Source: an uncultured Myxococcales bacterium
GTDB lineage: Bacteria; Myxococcota_A; Bradymonadia; UBA7976; UBA1532
Reading direction: 5' to 3'
Assembly: GCA_903847385.1 (NCBI GenBank)
Contig: CAINDO010000440.1
Coordinates: forward strand, 6,129-70,128
Length of the DNA stretch: 64,000 nucleotides
In this document: piece by piece, positions 27,889 through 37,530 of the stretch
Layout of the letters: each line of letters begins with the position of its first letter
Position numbering within the stretch: the stretch's first letter is position 1
The notes under the pieces: model-generated
Database searches by the model: none
The model's input: only the letters and a program-made list of their open reading frames with translations
Told to the model about the DNA's origin: nothing
Translations under genes and position numbers: made by a program

Positions 27889-27923
27889 CGCGCACGGTTT
27901 CGTGCATTCCATTCGAGGACTCG

Positions 27924-28928
27924 ATGAACCATCTGGGTGTCCACTGGACGTCCGAGCTGTACGGGTGCGACCCGCAGCTCCTCGACGATGTCGCCCACAT
28001 CGGCAACCTGATGCTCGAAGCCGCCCGCGTGGCCGGCGCGACCATCGTCTCGAGCAGCTTCCACCGCTTCGCGCCCCAGGGCGTGTCCGGCGTGGTCGTC
28101 ATCGCCGAGTCGCACCTGGCCATCCACACCTGGCCCGAGCTGGGCTACGTGGCGCTGGACGTCTTCACCTGCGGGGACGTCCTCCAGGCCGAGGTCGGCT
28201 TCCGCTGGCTCGCCGAGCGGTTCCACGCCACGCGAGTGGAGTCGCAGCGCCAGGTGCGCGGTGATCCGCGCCGCATCGAGACCTTCCGCCACCATCACAC
28301 CTACACGCCGCTCCACCCGGAACTCTTCCGCTACGACGCCGACTTCGCCGCGCGATTCGTCTCGGTGAGCGAGGTCGAGGAGCTCGCCGAGCAGGTGTAC
28401 CTTTTCCAGCTCTTCACGCCGGAGTTCTGCCGGCTCCTCATCGAGGAGTGCGAGCACCACGCCGGGTGGGTCACCGTGCTCGAGCCGACGCCGGCGGCGC
28501 ACTCCGCCGTCGACGGCGTCGAGGACACCTACGAGCCGGACACCACGCTCACGTGGGAGGCCCTGCCCGGCCTCGAGGCCGTCTACAAAGAGGTCATCAA
28601 ACGCCACGTGCGGCCCATCGTCGAGCGCCTGTGGCCCACCTGGACGCTGCAGAAGTGGGACCCGCCGGCCACGCGCCGCTACGAGCCCAACGTGGTCGCC
28701 GGCATGGCCCTGCACAACGACGCCGAGGCCGTGGCGATGGTCGGTTACCTGAACGCGGAGTTCGCCGGCGGCGGCACCTACTTCCCACGGTGGGAGCTCA
28801 CCGTCGGACACGCGGAGATGGTGCGGGTCGGCAGCATGGTCGTCTTCCCCGGGGGTGTGTCGCACGAGCACGCCGCGCGGCCCGTCACGGCCGGGCGTCG
28901 ATACACGCTGGCCAACTCGTTCTATTGA
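27924..28928 (+). CDS. speD: Fusion: S-adenosylmethionine decarboxylase proenzyme + PLOD/lysyl-hydroxylase-like 2OG-Fe(II) oxygenase
   Basis: GAGG RBS; GVSGVVVIAE/SHLAIHTWPE...DVFTCG pyruvoyl cleavage motif; C-terminal LFTPEFC..LIEE.EH, HND...GGGT.F...H.H...GRRY. Confidence 0.9.
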   Translation: MNHLGVHWTSELYGCDPQLLDDVAHIGNLMLEAARVAGATIVSSSFHRFAPQGVSGVVVIAESHLAIHTWPELGYVALDVFTCGDVLQAEVGFRWLAERFHATRVESQRQVRGDPRRIETFRHHHTYTPLHPELFRYDADFAARFVSVSEVEELAEQVYLFQLFTPEFCRLLIEECEHHAGWVTVLEPTPAAHSAVDGVEDTYEPDTTLTWEALPGLEAVYKEVIKRHVRPIVERLWPTWTLQKWDPPATRRYEPNVVAGMALHNDAEAVAMVGYLNAEFAGGGTYFPRWELTVGHAEMVRVGSMVVFPGGVSHEHAARPVTAGRRYTLANSFY

Positions 28929-28954
28929 GCCCGCCGGGCGCAGAGGAGTCTCCG

Positions 28955-30001
28955 ATGTCTTCGATCGACCTGACGCGCCCCGAGCGCCAGATCCTCGCTG
29001 CGCTCGCGCAGCACGGCCCGCTGCCCTGGGGCCGCCTCCTGGACGCCCAGGACGGCTGCATCGCCGAGTTCGTCGGCGCGCTGCAGGCGCTGCGGGACAA
29101 GGACCGCGTGACGGTCGGCCAGGGTGTCGTGACGCTGCGCCCCCAGGCCGGCGCCCCCACGCCGCCGACCGCACTCGACTGTCTGTGCAAGGCCTGCGAC
29201 GGTCGCGGCTACACCGTCGCGAGCGAGGACCCGGCGCTGCAACGGCTCGAGGAGGCCCTGCGCGGCCGCCCCGCCCCGAACTTCGCCTTCGACCAGGGCG
29301 CCATCTCCGCCGCCGACTCGTTGCTGCGCGCCGCCTCGATGCAGGATCGCGGCGATCTCGCCGGTCAGTCCGTGCTCTTCGTGGGCGACTTCGATCTGAC
29401 CAGCGTGGCCCTCGTGCTCACTCGCCAGCCCGAGCGGGTGGTGGTGCTGGACATCGATCCGCGGGTCACGGACTTCGTGAACACACTCGGCGCGCGCTCC
29501 GGCCTGCCCCTGAGCGGCCGCGGGTTCGACGTGCGTCAAGCGTTGCCGGACGACCTGCGGCGCCAGTTCGACGCCTTCGTCTGCGACCCCGTGGAGACCG
29601 TGCCGGGCATTCGTCTGTATCTGTCGCGCGGGGCCGCCGCGCTGCGCGGTGAAGGCAGCGCCGTGTGGCTGGGCCTGACGACCATCGAGGCCTCGCGCCG
29701 CAAGTGGCACGCCGTGCAGTCGATGCTGATCGAGATGGGCTTCGCGATCACGGACGTCCGCCGCAAGTTCAGTGGTTACCCCGATCACGACGAGGTCCTC
29801 GACGAGCCGGGGCTGGCCTGGCCCGTGCTCTCGGAGCTCGGCCCCGAGGGCGCCGCCCACCGCTGGTACACCGCCGCGTGGCTCCGCGCCGAGGCCGTGC
29901 GCCTGCCCGAGCCCCTGGTGGACGGCGACGTCGAGATGGGCGAGGAGCTCTACATCGACGACGAGGCCTGGGCCACCCCGCGGGCGGTGGAGAAGGCGTG
30001 A
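28955..30001 (+). CDS. bpsA: Branched-chain polyamine synthase BpsA-like aminopropyltransferase
   Basis: N-terminal wHTH-like region, C..C.GRG, RP.P...FDQ, RGDL....V..VGDFDLTSVAL, VLDID.R, FD.F..DPVET, S..KW..VQ all match the BpsA (DUF43) pattern as I recall it. Confidence 0.85.
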   Translation: MSSIDLTRPERQILAALAQHGPLPWGRLLDAQDGCIAEFVGALQALRDKDRVTVGQGVVTLRPQAGAPTPPTALDCLCKACDGRGYTVASEDPALQRLEEALRGRPAPNFAFDQGAISAADSLLRAASMQDRGDLAGQSVLFVGDFDLTSVALVLTRQPERVVVLDIDPRVTDFVNTLGARSGLPLSGRGFDVRQALPDDLRRQFDAFVCDPVETVPGIRLYLSRGAAALRGEGSAVWLGLTTIEASRRKWHAVQSMLIEMGFAITDVRRKFSGYPDHDEVLDEPGLAWPVLSELGPEGAAHRWYTAAWLRAEAVRLPEPLVDGDVEMGEELYIDDEAWATPRAVEKA

Positions 30002-31284
30002 CGCAGCGGCTGGCGCGACTGCTCGGGCTGCGACCCGAAGAGTTCGGGCGCGCGTCCGCGCTCTTCGCGCTGTCGTTCGTGCTGGGTCTGTCGCTCGTGT
30101 CGCTCGAGTTGGCGTCGTCGACGGGCCTGCTGGTCACGCTGGAGGGCGCGCAGCTCGCCTGGTCGCACGTCGCGGTCGCCGCCGCCCTGCCCCTCGCCGG
30201 CCTGGCCCTGGCGTGGCTTCGGCCCCGGGTGTCCGTGGCGAGCTACGTGACGCTGCCGCTCGCCGCGTTCTCCCTCGTGGTGTTCGCCGCGGGCTGGTCC
30301 GCCGGCGACGGGACGCCCGGCGCCCTCACCGTGCTCGGTCTGTGGGCGGGCGCGAAGGCGCTCTCGGCGACCGCCATCGTCGGGTTCTGGACGCTGGCCG
30401 CGCGCACCTTCGACGTCGAACAGAGCCGCCGTGTGTACGGTCTGATCGGCGCGGGCGAGCTGATCGCCGGCGTCCTGGGCGGCGTCGGCGCGGGCGCGCT
30501 GCAGGCCGCGCTGCCGCGCACGGACCTCATCGCACTGACGGTCGCCGGCGTGCTCGGGGGTGTGTTGCTGACGCTGCCCCTGGCCCGGAATCTGGTGCCC
30601 GAAGCCCCGGCTGCGCCCGCGGACGCGGGGGCCAGCGCGCTGGTGCGCGCCCATCAACGGCGCTGCATCGCCTACTTCGGCGCCAGCAACTTCACCTACG
30701 ACATCCTCGAGTTCCTGGTGCTGGTGTCCATTCAGCGCGCCTACCCGGGGCAGCCGGAGGCCATGGCCGGTCTCCTCGGCGGTCTGTTCGCCGCGCGGCT
30801 CACGCTGAGCGCGCTGATCCGTGTGTTCGTGACCGGCCACGTGCTGGGACGCCGCGGCCTCGGCCCGGCGCTCGCCGGTCCGCCCGCCACCGTGAGCGGT
30901 CTGGCCCTGGCCGCCGTGGCGCTGCACCCCATGGCCGTGTCGCTGCTGGTGGCCACCGTGGCGCTGCAGATGGCCGAGGGGATCGTGCGCAACGGCTTCG
31001 GCAAGCCGGCCTTCATGGCGGCGCAGCGTCCCCTGCCCACGCCGACCCGCGACCAGACGCTCCTGCTCATCGAGACGGCCGTGGAGCCCGCGACCACAGG
31101 GCTCGCCGGACTGGCGCTGCTGCTCTTGCCCGTGCAGGCCCTCGCCGGCACGGCGCTGCTGCTGCTGCCCGTGCCGGGCGCCGCCGTGTGGCTGTTCTTC
31201 GCCCGGAACCTGAATCGATCGTACCGCGCGCTCGCCCCGAGCGCCGCGGCCATCCCGACCACACCGACCCCCACCCCGACCTGA
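29998..31284 (+). CDS. Multi-pass MFS-like transporter (TLC/Npt nucleotide-exchanger-like N-terminus)
   Basis: About 11-12 hydrophobic segments; L.RLLGLRPEE, FWTLA...FD.EQSRR.YGLIGAG...AG..GG; GTGA overlap with bpsA. Confidence 0.75.
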   Translation: MTQRLARLLGLRPEEFGRASALFALSFVLGLSLVSLELASSTGLLVTLEGAQLAWSHVAVAAALPLAGLALAWLRPRVSVASYVTLPLAAFSLVVFAAGWSAGDGTPGALTVLGLWAGAKALSATAIVGFWTLAARTFDVEQSRRVYGLIGAGELIAGVLGGVGAGALQAALPRTDLIALTVAGVLGGVLLTLPLARNLVPEAPAAPADAGASALVRAHQRRCIAYFGASNFTYDILEFLVLVSIQRAYPGQPEAMAGLLGGLFAARLTLSALIRVFVTGHVLGRRGLGPALAGPPATVSGLALAAVALHPMAVSLLVATVALQMAEGIVRNGFGKPAFMAAQRPLPTPTRDQTLLLIETAVEPATTGLAGLALLLLPVQALAGTALLLLPVPGAAVWLFFARNLNRSYRALAPSAAAIPTTPTPTPT

Positions 31285-31292
31285 GAGCGCTG

Positions 31293-31919
31293 ATGGCACC
31301 GACCCGTTTGCACCCCGAGATCTACACCTACGACCCCCGCTTCATCGGCGCCGCGCTGCGCGACGGCGTGGAGAACGTGGTCACCGAGGACGTCGAACAG
31401 ATCTATCGCTTCGAGCTGTTCACGCCGGAGTTCTGTCGACTGCTGCTCGAGGAGGCCGAACACAACGGCCAGTGGAAGACGGGGCAGGACACCGACGCCA
31501 ACCCCTTCGCCGACGACGTGGACGAGGTCTCCGAGCCCGACACCACGCTGCATCTGCACAAGATGCCCGGCATGGAGGAGGTCTACGCGGAGATCATCCG
31601 GCGCCACCTGAAGCCGCTCGTCGAGCACCTGTGGCCGGTGTTCAAGGTGCAGAAGTGGGACCCGCCGTTCCTGCTGCGCTACGAGCCCCATGTCATCAAG
31701 AGCATGGCCGCGCACTACGACCTGGAGACGTGTTCGATCGTCTGTTACCTGAACACGGAGTTCGAGGGCGGCGGCACGTACTTCCCGCGGTGGGATTACA
31801 CCCCCGGCAAGGCGCAGCCCGGCACGGCCGTGGTCTATCCGGGCGGCCTGTCGCACGTGCACGAGGCCCGCGCCATCACCGCCGGGCGCCGCTACGTGCT
31901 CTGTTCCTGCTTCTTCTGA
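31293..31919 (+). CDS. Stand-alone PLOD/lysyl-hydroxylase-like 2OG-Fe(II) oxygenase
   Basis: LFTPEFCRLLLEEAEHNGQW, F.LRYEP, HYD...YLN.EFEGGGTYF, PG.LSHVHE......GRRY. Confidence 0.88.
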   Translation: MAPTRLHPEIYTYDPRFIGAALRDGVENVVTEDVEQIYRFELFTPEFCRLLLEEAEHNGQWKTGQDTDANPFADDVDEVSEPDTTLHLHKMPGMEEVYAEIIRRHLKPLVEHLWPVFKVQKWDPPFLLRYEPHVIKSMAAHYDLETCSIVCYLNTEFEGGGTYFPRWDYTPGKAQPGTAVVYPGGLSHVHEARAITAGRRYVLCSCFF

Positions 31920-31957
31920 GACCACCGAACACCGAACCCCGACCGGAAGAGACGCCC

Positions 31958-33504
31958 ATGAGTCAGTCGAACGAAGCCCAGTCCGCGGGCCCCCCCGACG
32001 TCCTGCGCTCGGTGCATTACACCACCGGCGGCGAGTACGAGATCGCCGTGCGGCGCCGCGTGGTCGCGCGCACGTCGCGCTTCCAGAACATCGTCGTCGT
32101 CGACACCGACGCCTACGGCCGCTGCCTGGTGATCGATGGCGTGATGCAGACCGCCAGCACCGACCACCATCTGTATGACGAGGCCATCCTCGCGCCGATG
32201 CGGCCGACGGATCGCGAGGTGCTCGTGGTCGGCGGCGGCGACGGCTACGTGTCGCGCACCGCGTTCGCGCGCAATCCCGCGTTGCGCCTCGTGATGGTCG
32301 ACATCGACCCGGAGGTCGTGGCGGTCGCCGAGGCCCACCTGAACCCTGGGTTCTCACACGATCCGCGGCTGAAGCTGCACATCGGCGACGGCGTCGCGTT
32401 CGCGCGGTCCCTGGAGCCGAAGTCCTTCGACGGCGTGGTGCTCGATCTGACGGACATCCCGCTCGATCCGGCGCGCTCCGTCGACATCGTGCGGCTGTAC
32501 GAGGACATGCTGACCGCCGTGCTGCCGCTGCTGCGCGCGGGTGGCTGGCTCTCCATGCAGGGCGGGCCCTCCGAGGTCCAGCCCGGCGTGCCGGACGTGG
32601 CCTCGCGCATCGCCGAGATGCTCGACGGCCGGCTGGACGCCCTGGAGCGGCTGGATGTGTTCATCCCCAGCTATGCGGAGAAGAACGCGTTCTTTCACGG
32701 CCACGTGCGGCCCGAGGTCACCTGGCACGACTGCACGTTCGGCATCGGCCTTTCCACCACGTTGACGATGCGGCCGGTCTTCGCGACGGGCGCGGTCGAG
32801 GTCTACGAGCACGACCGCCTGGGGCGGGCGCTCGTGGTCGATGGCACGCTGCAGGACATCGACCAGGACCCGGTGTGGCGCGAGATGCTGGCGCACGTGC
32901 CGCTGTTGGGCGCGGCCACGCCGCCGCGGCGGGTGCTCGTCGTCGGCGGCGGCGATGGGCTTCTGCTGCGGGAGATCCTGCGGCACGACTTCGTCGAGCG
33001 TGCGGTGGTCTGGGATGACACGGCCGGGCTCGGCGAGGCCGGCGGCCGGTTCCTGGGCACGGGCGCGGCCCTGGCCGATCCGCGGACGCAGGTGGTCGCG
33101 GACGCCGGGGCCGTCGACGGCCCGTTCGACCTGATCTTCAACGCCCGCGCCGATCTGCGGCGCCCCGGAGACGCCAAGGCGGTCGGCGCGCGCCTGGGCG
33201 CGTGGCTCGCCCCCGCCGGCGCCGTGGTGGACGCGGACGCCGTGGTGATGTATCGCAGCGGCGTGCGCTGGTACCGCGACCTCGCCGACGCCGGGCCGGC
33301 CCTGCCCGCCACGCTCGCGCTGCCCGAGCAGGCCCGCTGGTTCGGCCACGGCGCCGTCGTGCCCGGCGGCTACTACGGCTTCACCCTGCGCGCCGCGCAG
33401 CCCCACGACTGGTCCCGCGCCCGCGCCGACTTCGAGGCGCGCCACTACAACACCGCGCTGCACCGGGCCGCCTTCGCCCTGCCGCGCGTGATCCGGGAGT
33501 TGCC

Positions 33505-33508
<4 letters not shown>
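31958..33508 (+). CDS. Tandem two-domain aminopropyltransferase (spermidine-synthase-like x2)
   Basis: Domain 1: SRFQ.I, LVIDGVMQ, VLVVGGGDG, VDID, LDLTD. Domain 2: LVVDGTLQ, EMLAHVPL, VLVVGGGDG, HYN..LHRAAFALP. Confidence 0.88.
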
Positions 33509-34379
<871 letters not shown>

Positions 34380-34383
<4 letters not shown>

Positions 34384-35306
34384 CCCCCGCGGGGACCAGC
34401 GCGCTGACCGTGGACCCCGAGGACGTCGCCCCCCGCGAGCGGGCCCGCGTCGAGGAGATCCTGCGCACGGTCACCCTCGCCGAGGTCCGCGACCCCGACG
34501 CGCCGGTGTTCCACGAGGTCTTCGACCTGCTCGACGCGTTCTTCGGGCCGAGCGGGGAGATGGAGTCGCGCGAGGCGCTCGCCGACTTCGTGCGGGCGCG
34601 GCGCCTGGACTACGCGCCCGGGCTGTCGGGCACGTACCATCTGGTCGGCGCGTGGCATGCGGGCGCGCTGGTGGCCGCGCGCGACTGCTACGTGGACGTC
34701 GACGCCGCGACCGGGGTGTGTGTCGTGGCCCTGGCCCATGTGTTCGTGGCGCCGGCGTGGCGCCGCACCGGGCTGGCGAGCGCCCTGCGTGCGCTGCCCT
34801 CGACGCTGGCGCGCGCGGTGGTCACGGAGCGGTTCGGCGCGCCGCTGCCCACGCTCGTCGTGGCCGAGATGGAGCCGGCGGACGCGACCGACCCGGACAC
34901 GCTGCTGCGCCTGTGCGCTTACGGGCGCAGCGGTTTCGCCGTCCTCGACCCCCGGCGGCTGCCGTACTCGCAGCCCGAGTTCCGCGACCTGCCGGACGCG
35001 CACCACACGGGCATCCCGCTGCTGATGCTGCTGCGCGCGACGCCGGCCTTCGCCGACGGCGTGCCCGTCTCGATGGCCGAGTCGCTGCCGCGGCTGTTCT
35101 ATGCCGCGCACCGGTTGCACACGCCCGCGGCGCGGGTCGACCCGTCCGAGGCGCACGTGCTCGGCGTGCTGCGGCAAAGCGACGCCCCCGTGTCCCTGCT
35201 GCCGCTGCCGGAGTCGCTCGACGCCCCGGAGCGGCTCACGCCCCTTCGACGCGAGGTCGTGCTGCCCCTGTATCCGCCGGGGCTCCGCGGCCCCGAACAC
35301 GCCTGA
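34380..35306 (+). CDS. GNAT-family N-acyltransferase
   Basis: LAHVFVAPAWRRTGLASALR motif A; AEME..., RL.AYGRSGF, Y.QP; GTGA overlap with speE. Confidence 0.78.
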
Positions 35307-35384
35307 GGACGGGCCACCGTTTCTTTCGGCGCGGGATTGTGGTACCCGGGCGCGGTCCCACCCACCTGCCCATCTGGAGGTCCC

Positions 35385-36284
35385 ATGAAGACGACCCTTC
35401 GCGCCCTGGCGCTCGCGCCCCTCGCCCTCTTCGCCTGCAACAAGGCCCCCGAGACCGCCGCCCCCGTGGCGCCGGCCACCGCCCCGGCCGCCGCGTCCAA
35501 GGCCGCCGCGGTGACCGCCGCGGCCATCGCCGGCGAGAGCCCGCACGCGGGGACCATCCCCGGCGAGAACCCGCACGCGGCGCCCGCCGCCGCTGGCGCC
35601 GGCAGCGTGAGTGGCAAGGTCGCCGAGCGCATGAACGCCGGCGGCTACACCTACCTGCGCCTGACCACGGCCCAGGGGGACGTCTGGGCCGCCGTGCCCG
35701 AGACCACCACGGCCGTCGGGGCGGACGTGGTCATCGAGAAGCCGATGCCCATGAACGGCTTCGAGAGCAAGACGCTCGGCCGCAAGTTCGACCAGCTCTA
35801 CTTCGGCACGCTCGGCGGCGCCGGCGGTGGCGCGGCCCCCGTCGCGGCGCAGGGCGCGAGCGGCAGCCAGCCCACCACGGGCGCGGGCTCGCAGCCCATG
35901 GCCCTCGACCCCAACATGCCCCATGGCCCGACGGCCACCGTGCCCGCGGCCATGGGACCCATCAGCGTGGCCAAGGCGACGGGGCCCGACGCCCGCACCG
36001 TGTCCGAGGTCTTCGCCCAGAAGGCCGCGCTCAAGGACAAGCCCGTCACCGTGCGCGGCAAGGTCGTGAAGTTCTCCGGCGGCGTGATGGGCAAGAACTG
36101 GGTGCACCTCCGCGACGGCTCCGGTGGGGACGCCACGAAGGACAACGACCTGACCTTCACCACGCAGAGTGTCGTCGCCGTCGGCGACGAGGTCACCGCC
36201 AAGGGGGTCGTCCACACGGACAAGGACTTCGGCGCCGGCTACTTCTACGCCGTGATCGTCGAAGAGGCGACCGTCACCAAGTGA
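35385..36284 (+). CDS. Lipoprotein with two OB-fold domains (NrfJ-like)
   Basis: GGAGG RBS; lipobox LFAC; GKV.E...AGGYTYL, FESKTL.R.FD, VRGKVVK...MGKNWVHL.DG, DKDFGAGY. Confidence 0.75.
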   Translation: MKTTLRALALAPLALFACNKAPETAAPVAPATAPAAASKAAAVTAAAIAGESPHAGTIPGENPHAAPAAAGAGSVSGKVAERMNAGGYTYLRLTTAQGDVWAAVPETTTAVGADVVIEKPMPMNGFESKTLGRKFDQLYFGTLGGAGGGAAPVAAQGASGSQPTTGAGSQPMALDPNMPHGPTATVPAAMGPISVAKATGPDARTVSEVFAQKAALKDKPVTVRGKVVKFSGGVMGKNWVHLRDGSGGDATKDNDLTFTTQSVVAVGDEVTAKGVVHTDKDFGAGYFYAVIVEEATVTK

Positions 36285-36300
36285 CGCCCGCCGGGACCTG

Positions 36301-37368
36301 TCAGAAGCAGGTCTCGGAGTCGCTGTCGCAGCTCCCGGAGCAGCAGTCGGAGTCGAAGCTGCAGCTGTCGCCGGAGGCGGTGCAATCACCGCCGCCGCCG
36401 CTGCCGCCCGCGCCGCCACCGCTGCTGCCGCCCGCACCACCGCCGGTGTTGCCGCCGCCGGTGTTCCCGCCGCCGCTCTGGCACAGGCCCCACTGCGTCG
36501 GCACGCAGTAGTTGCCCGAGTTGCTGCCGTTGGTCGACTGGATCGCCTGACACTGCCAGGCGCCGTCGTTCGTGCAGTTGCTGCCGACGCTGACGCCCTG
36601 GAGCTCCGAGCAGGCGATGATGCAGATGCACTCGCCGTTGCTGAAGTTGATGAAGTCGCCGCGCGTGCAGTTCGTGGGCGCCGCGCCGTTGCAGGCCGCG
36701 CCGATCTGGCTCGGATCGTCGCTGACCACCGGGGTGCTGCCGAGGCTGAAGTCGCCCACGCAGCTCGAACCGCCGCCGGTGTTGCCGCCGCCGCTGCCGC
36801 CGGCGCCGTTGCCCGAGCCGCTGCCGTTGCCGCTGCCGCTGCCATTGCCGCTGCCACTGCCGTTGCCGCTGCCGCTGCCGCTGCCGTTGCCGCTGCCGTT
36901 GTTGGCCGCGGCGTCGGCGACGCAGGAGCCGGCGTACTGGGTCGACCCGCTCGCGCCGGCGTCGGGGCCGTTGCCGGCGTTGCCGTTGCCGGAGCCGTTG
37001 CCGGAGCCGTTGCCGGAGCCGGTGCCGGCCCCGGGGTCGCCGCCGAAGCCGCCGGAGATGTCACCGCCGGCGCCGCCCGAGGGGTCGCCGCCGCCACCAC
37101 CGCCGCCGCCGCACTGGGCCGCGCACAGGTTCGCGCAGTCGTCGAAGCCCATGGCCTCGCACTGCGCCTCGCACCCGGCCTGGCAGGCCTCGTTCTGGGC
37201 GCCCTGCGCCTGACCGGTGCTGCAGTGGTAGCCGTTGTTGCAATCCGAATCCGAATTGCAGCCCTGGGCCGCGCCGCCGTCGTCGTCACTGGAGCAGGCG
37301 GGGGCGGCGAACAGGGACAGGAGGGCGACGGCCCCCCAACGCAGCGTGGTCTTCTTGGAAGCCTTCAT
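36301..37368 (-). CDS. Gly/Ser/Asn-rich, Cys-rich lipoprotein
   Basis: AGGAG RBS; lipobox APAC; (GSGN/GSGS)n linkers; C-terminal C-x6-C-x5-CC-x3-C-x6-C module. Confidence 0.8.
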   Translation of the reverse strand: MKASKKTTLRWGAVALLSLFAAPACSSDDDGGAAQGCNSDSDCNNGYHCSTGQAQGAQNEACQAGCEAQCEAMGFDDCANLCAAQCGGGGGGGGDPSGGAGGDISGGFGGDPGAGTGSGNGSGNGSGNGNAGNGPDAGASGSTQYAGSCVADAAANNGSGNGSGSGSGNGSGSGNGSGSGNGSGSGNGAGGSGGGNTGGGSSCVGDFSLGSTPVVSDDPSQIGAACNGAAPTNCTRGDFINFSNGECICIIACSELQGVSVGSNCTNDGAWQCQAIQSTNGSNSGNYCVPTQWGLCQSGGGNTGGGNTGGGAGGSSGGGAGGSGGGGDCTASGDSCSFDSDCCSGSCDSDSETCF

Positions 37369-37530
37369 CGGGTATCTCCTGATTGAACTACGGTGAATTC
37401 CGGCGCGCGAACGGCTACCAGTTTTGCAGGACCCCGGCAAATCGGATTTGTCCCCGGCCAAGGCCGTCGATGGAGGGGCCCGCGGCGAAGACTCGACACC
37501 GCGCGCGGCCGGTGGTCTTCTCTGTGCCGC

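Noticed and set aside
26874-28928. 684 aa ORF read as a genuine N-terminally extended SpeD
   Set aside because: The middle part is Arg/Pro-rich off-frame sequence, the GNAT motif lies in another frame, and speD has its own RBS and ATG at 27924. A frameshift at the G6 run explains it better.
35307-35327. Terminator at the end of the polyamine cluster
   Set aside because: Only a 4-bp stem (ACGG/CCGT) with an interrupted T-tract, which is too weak to call.
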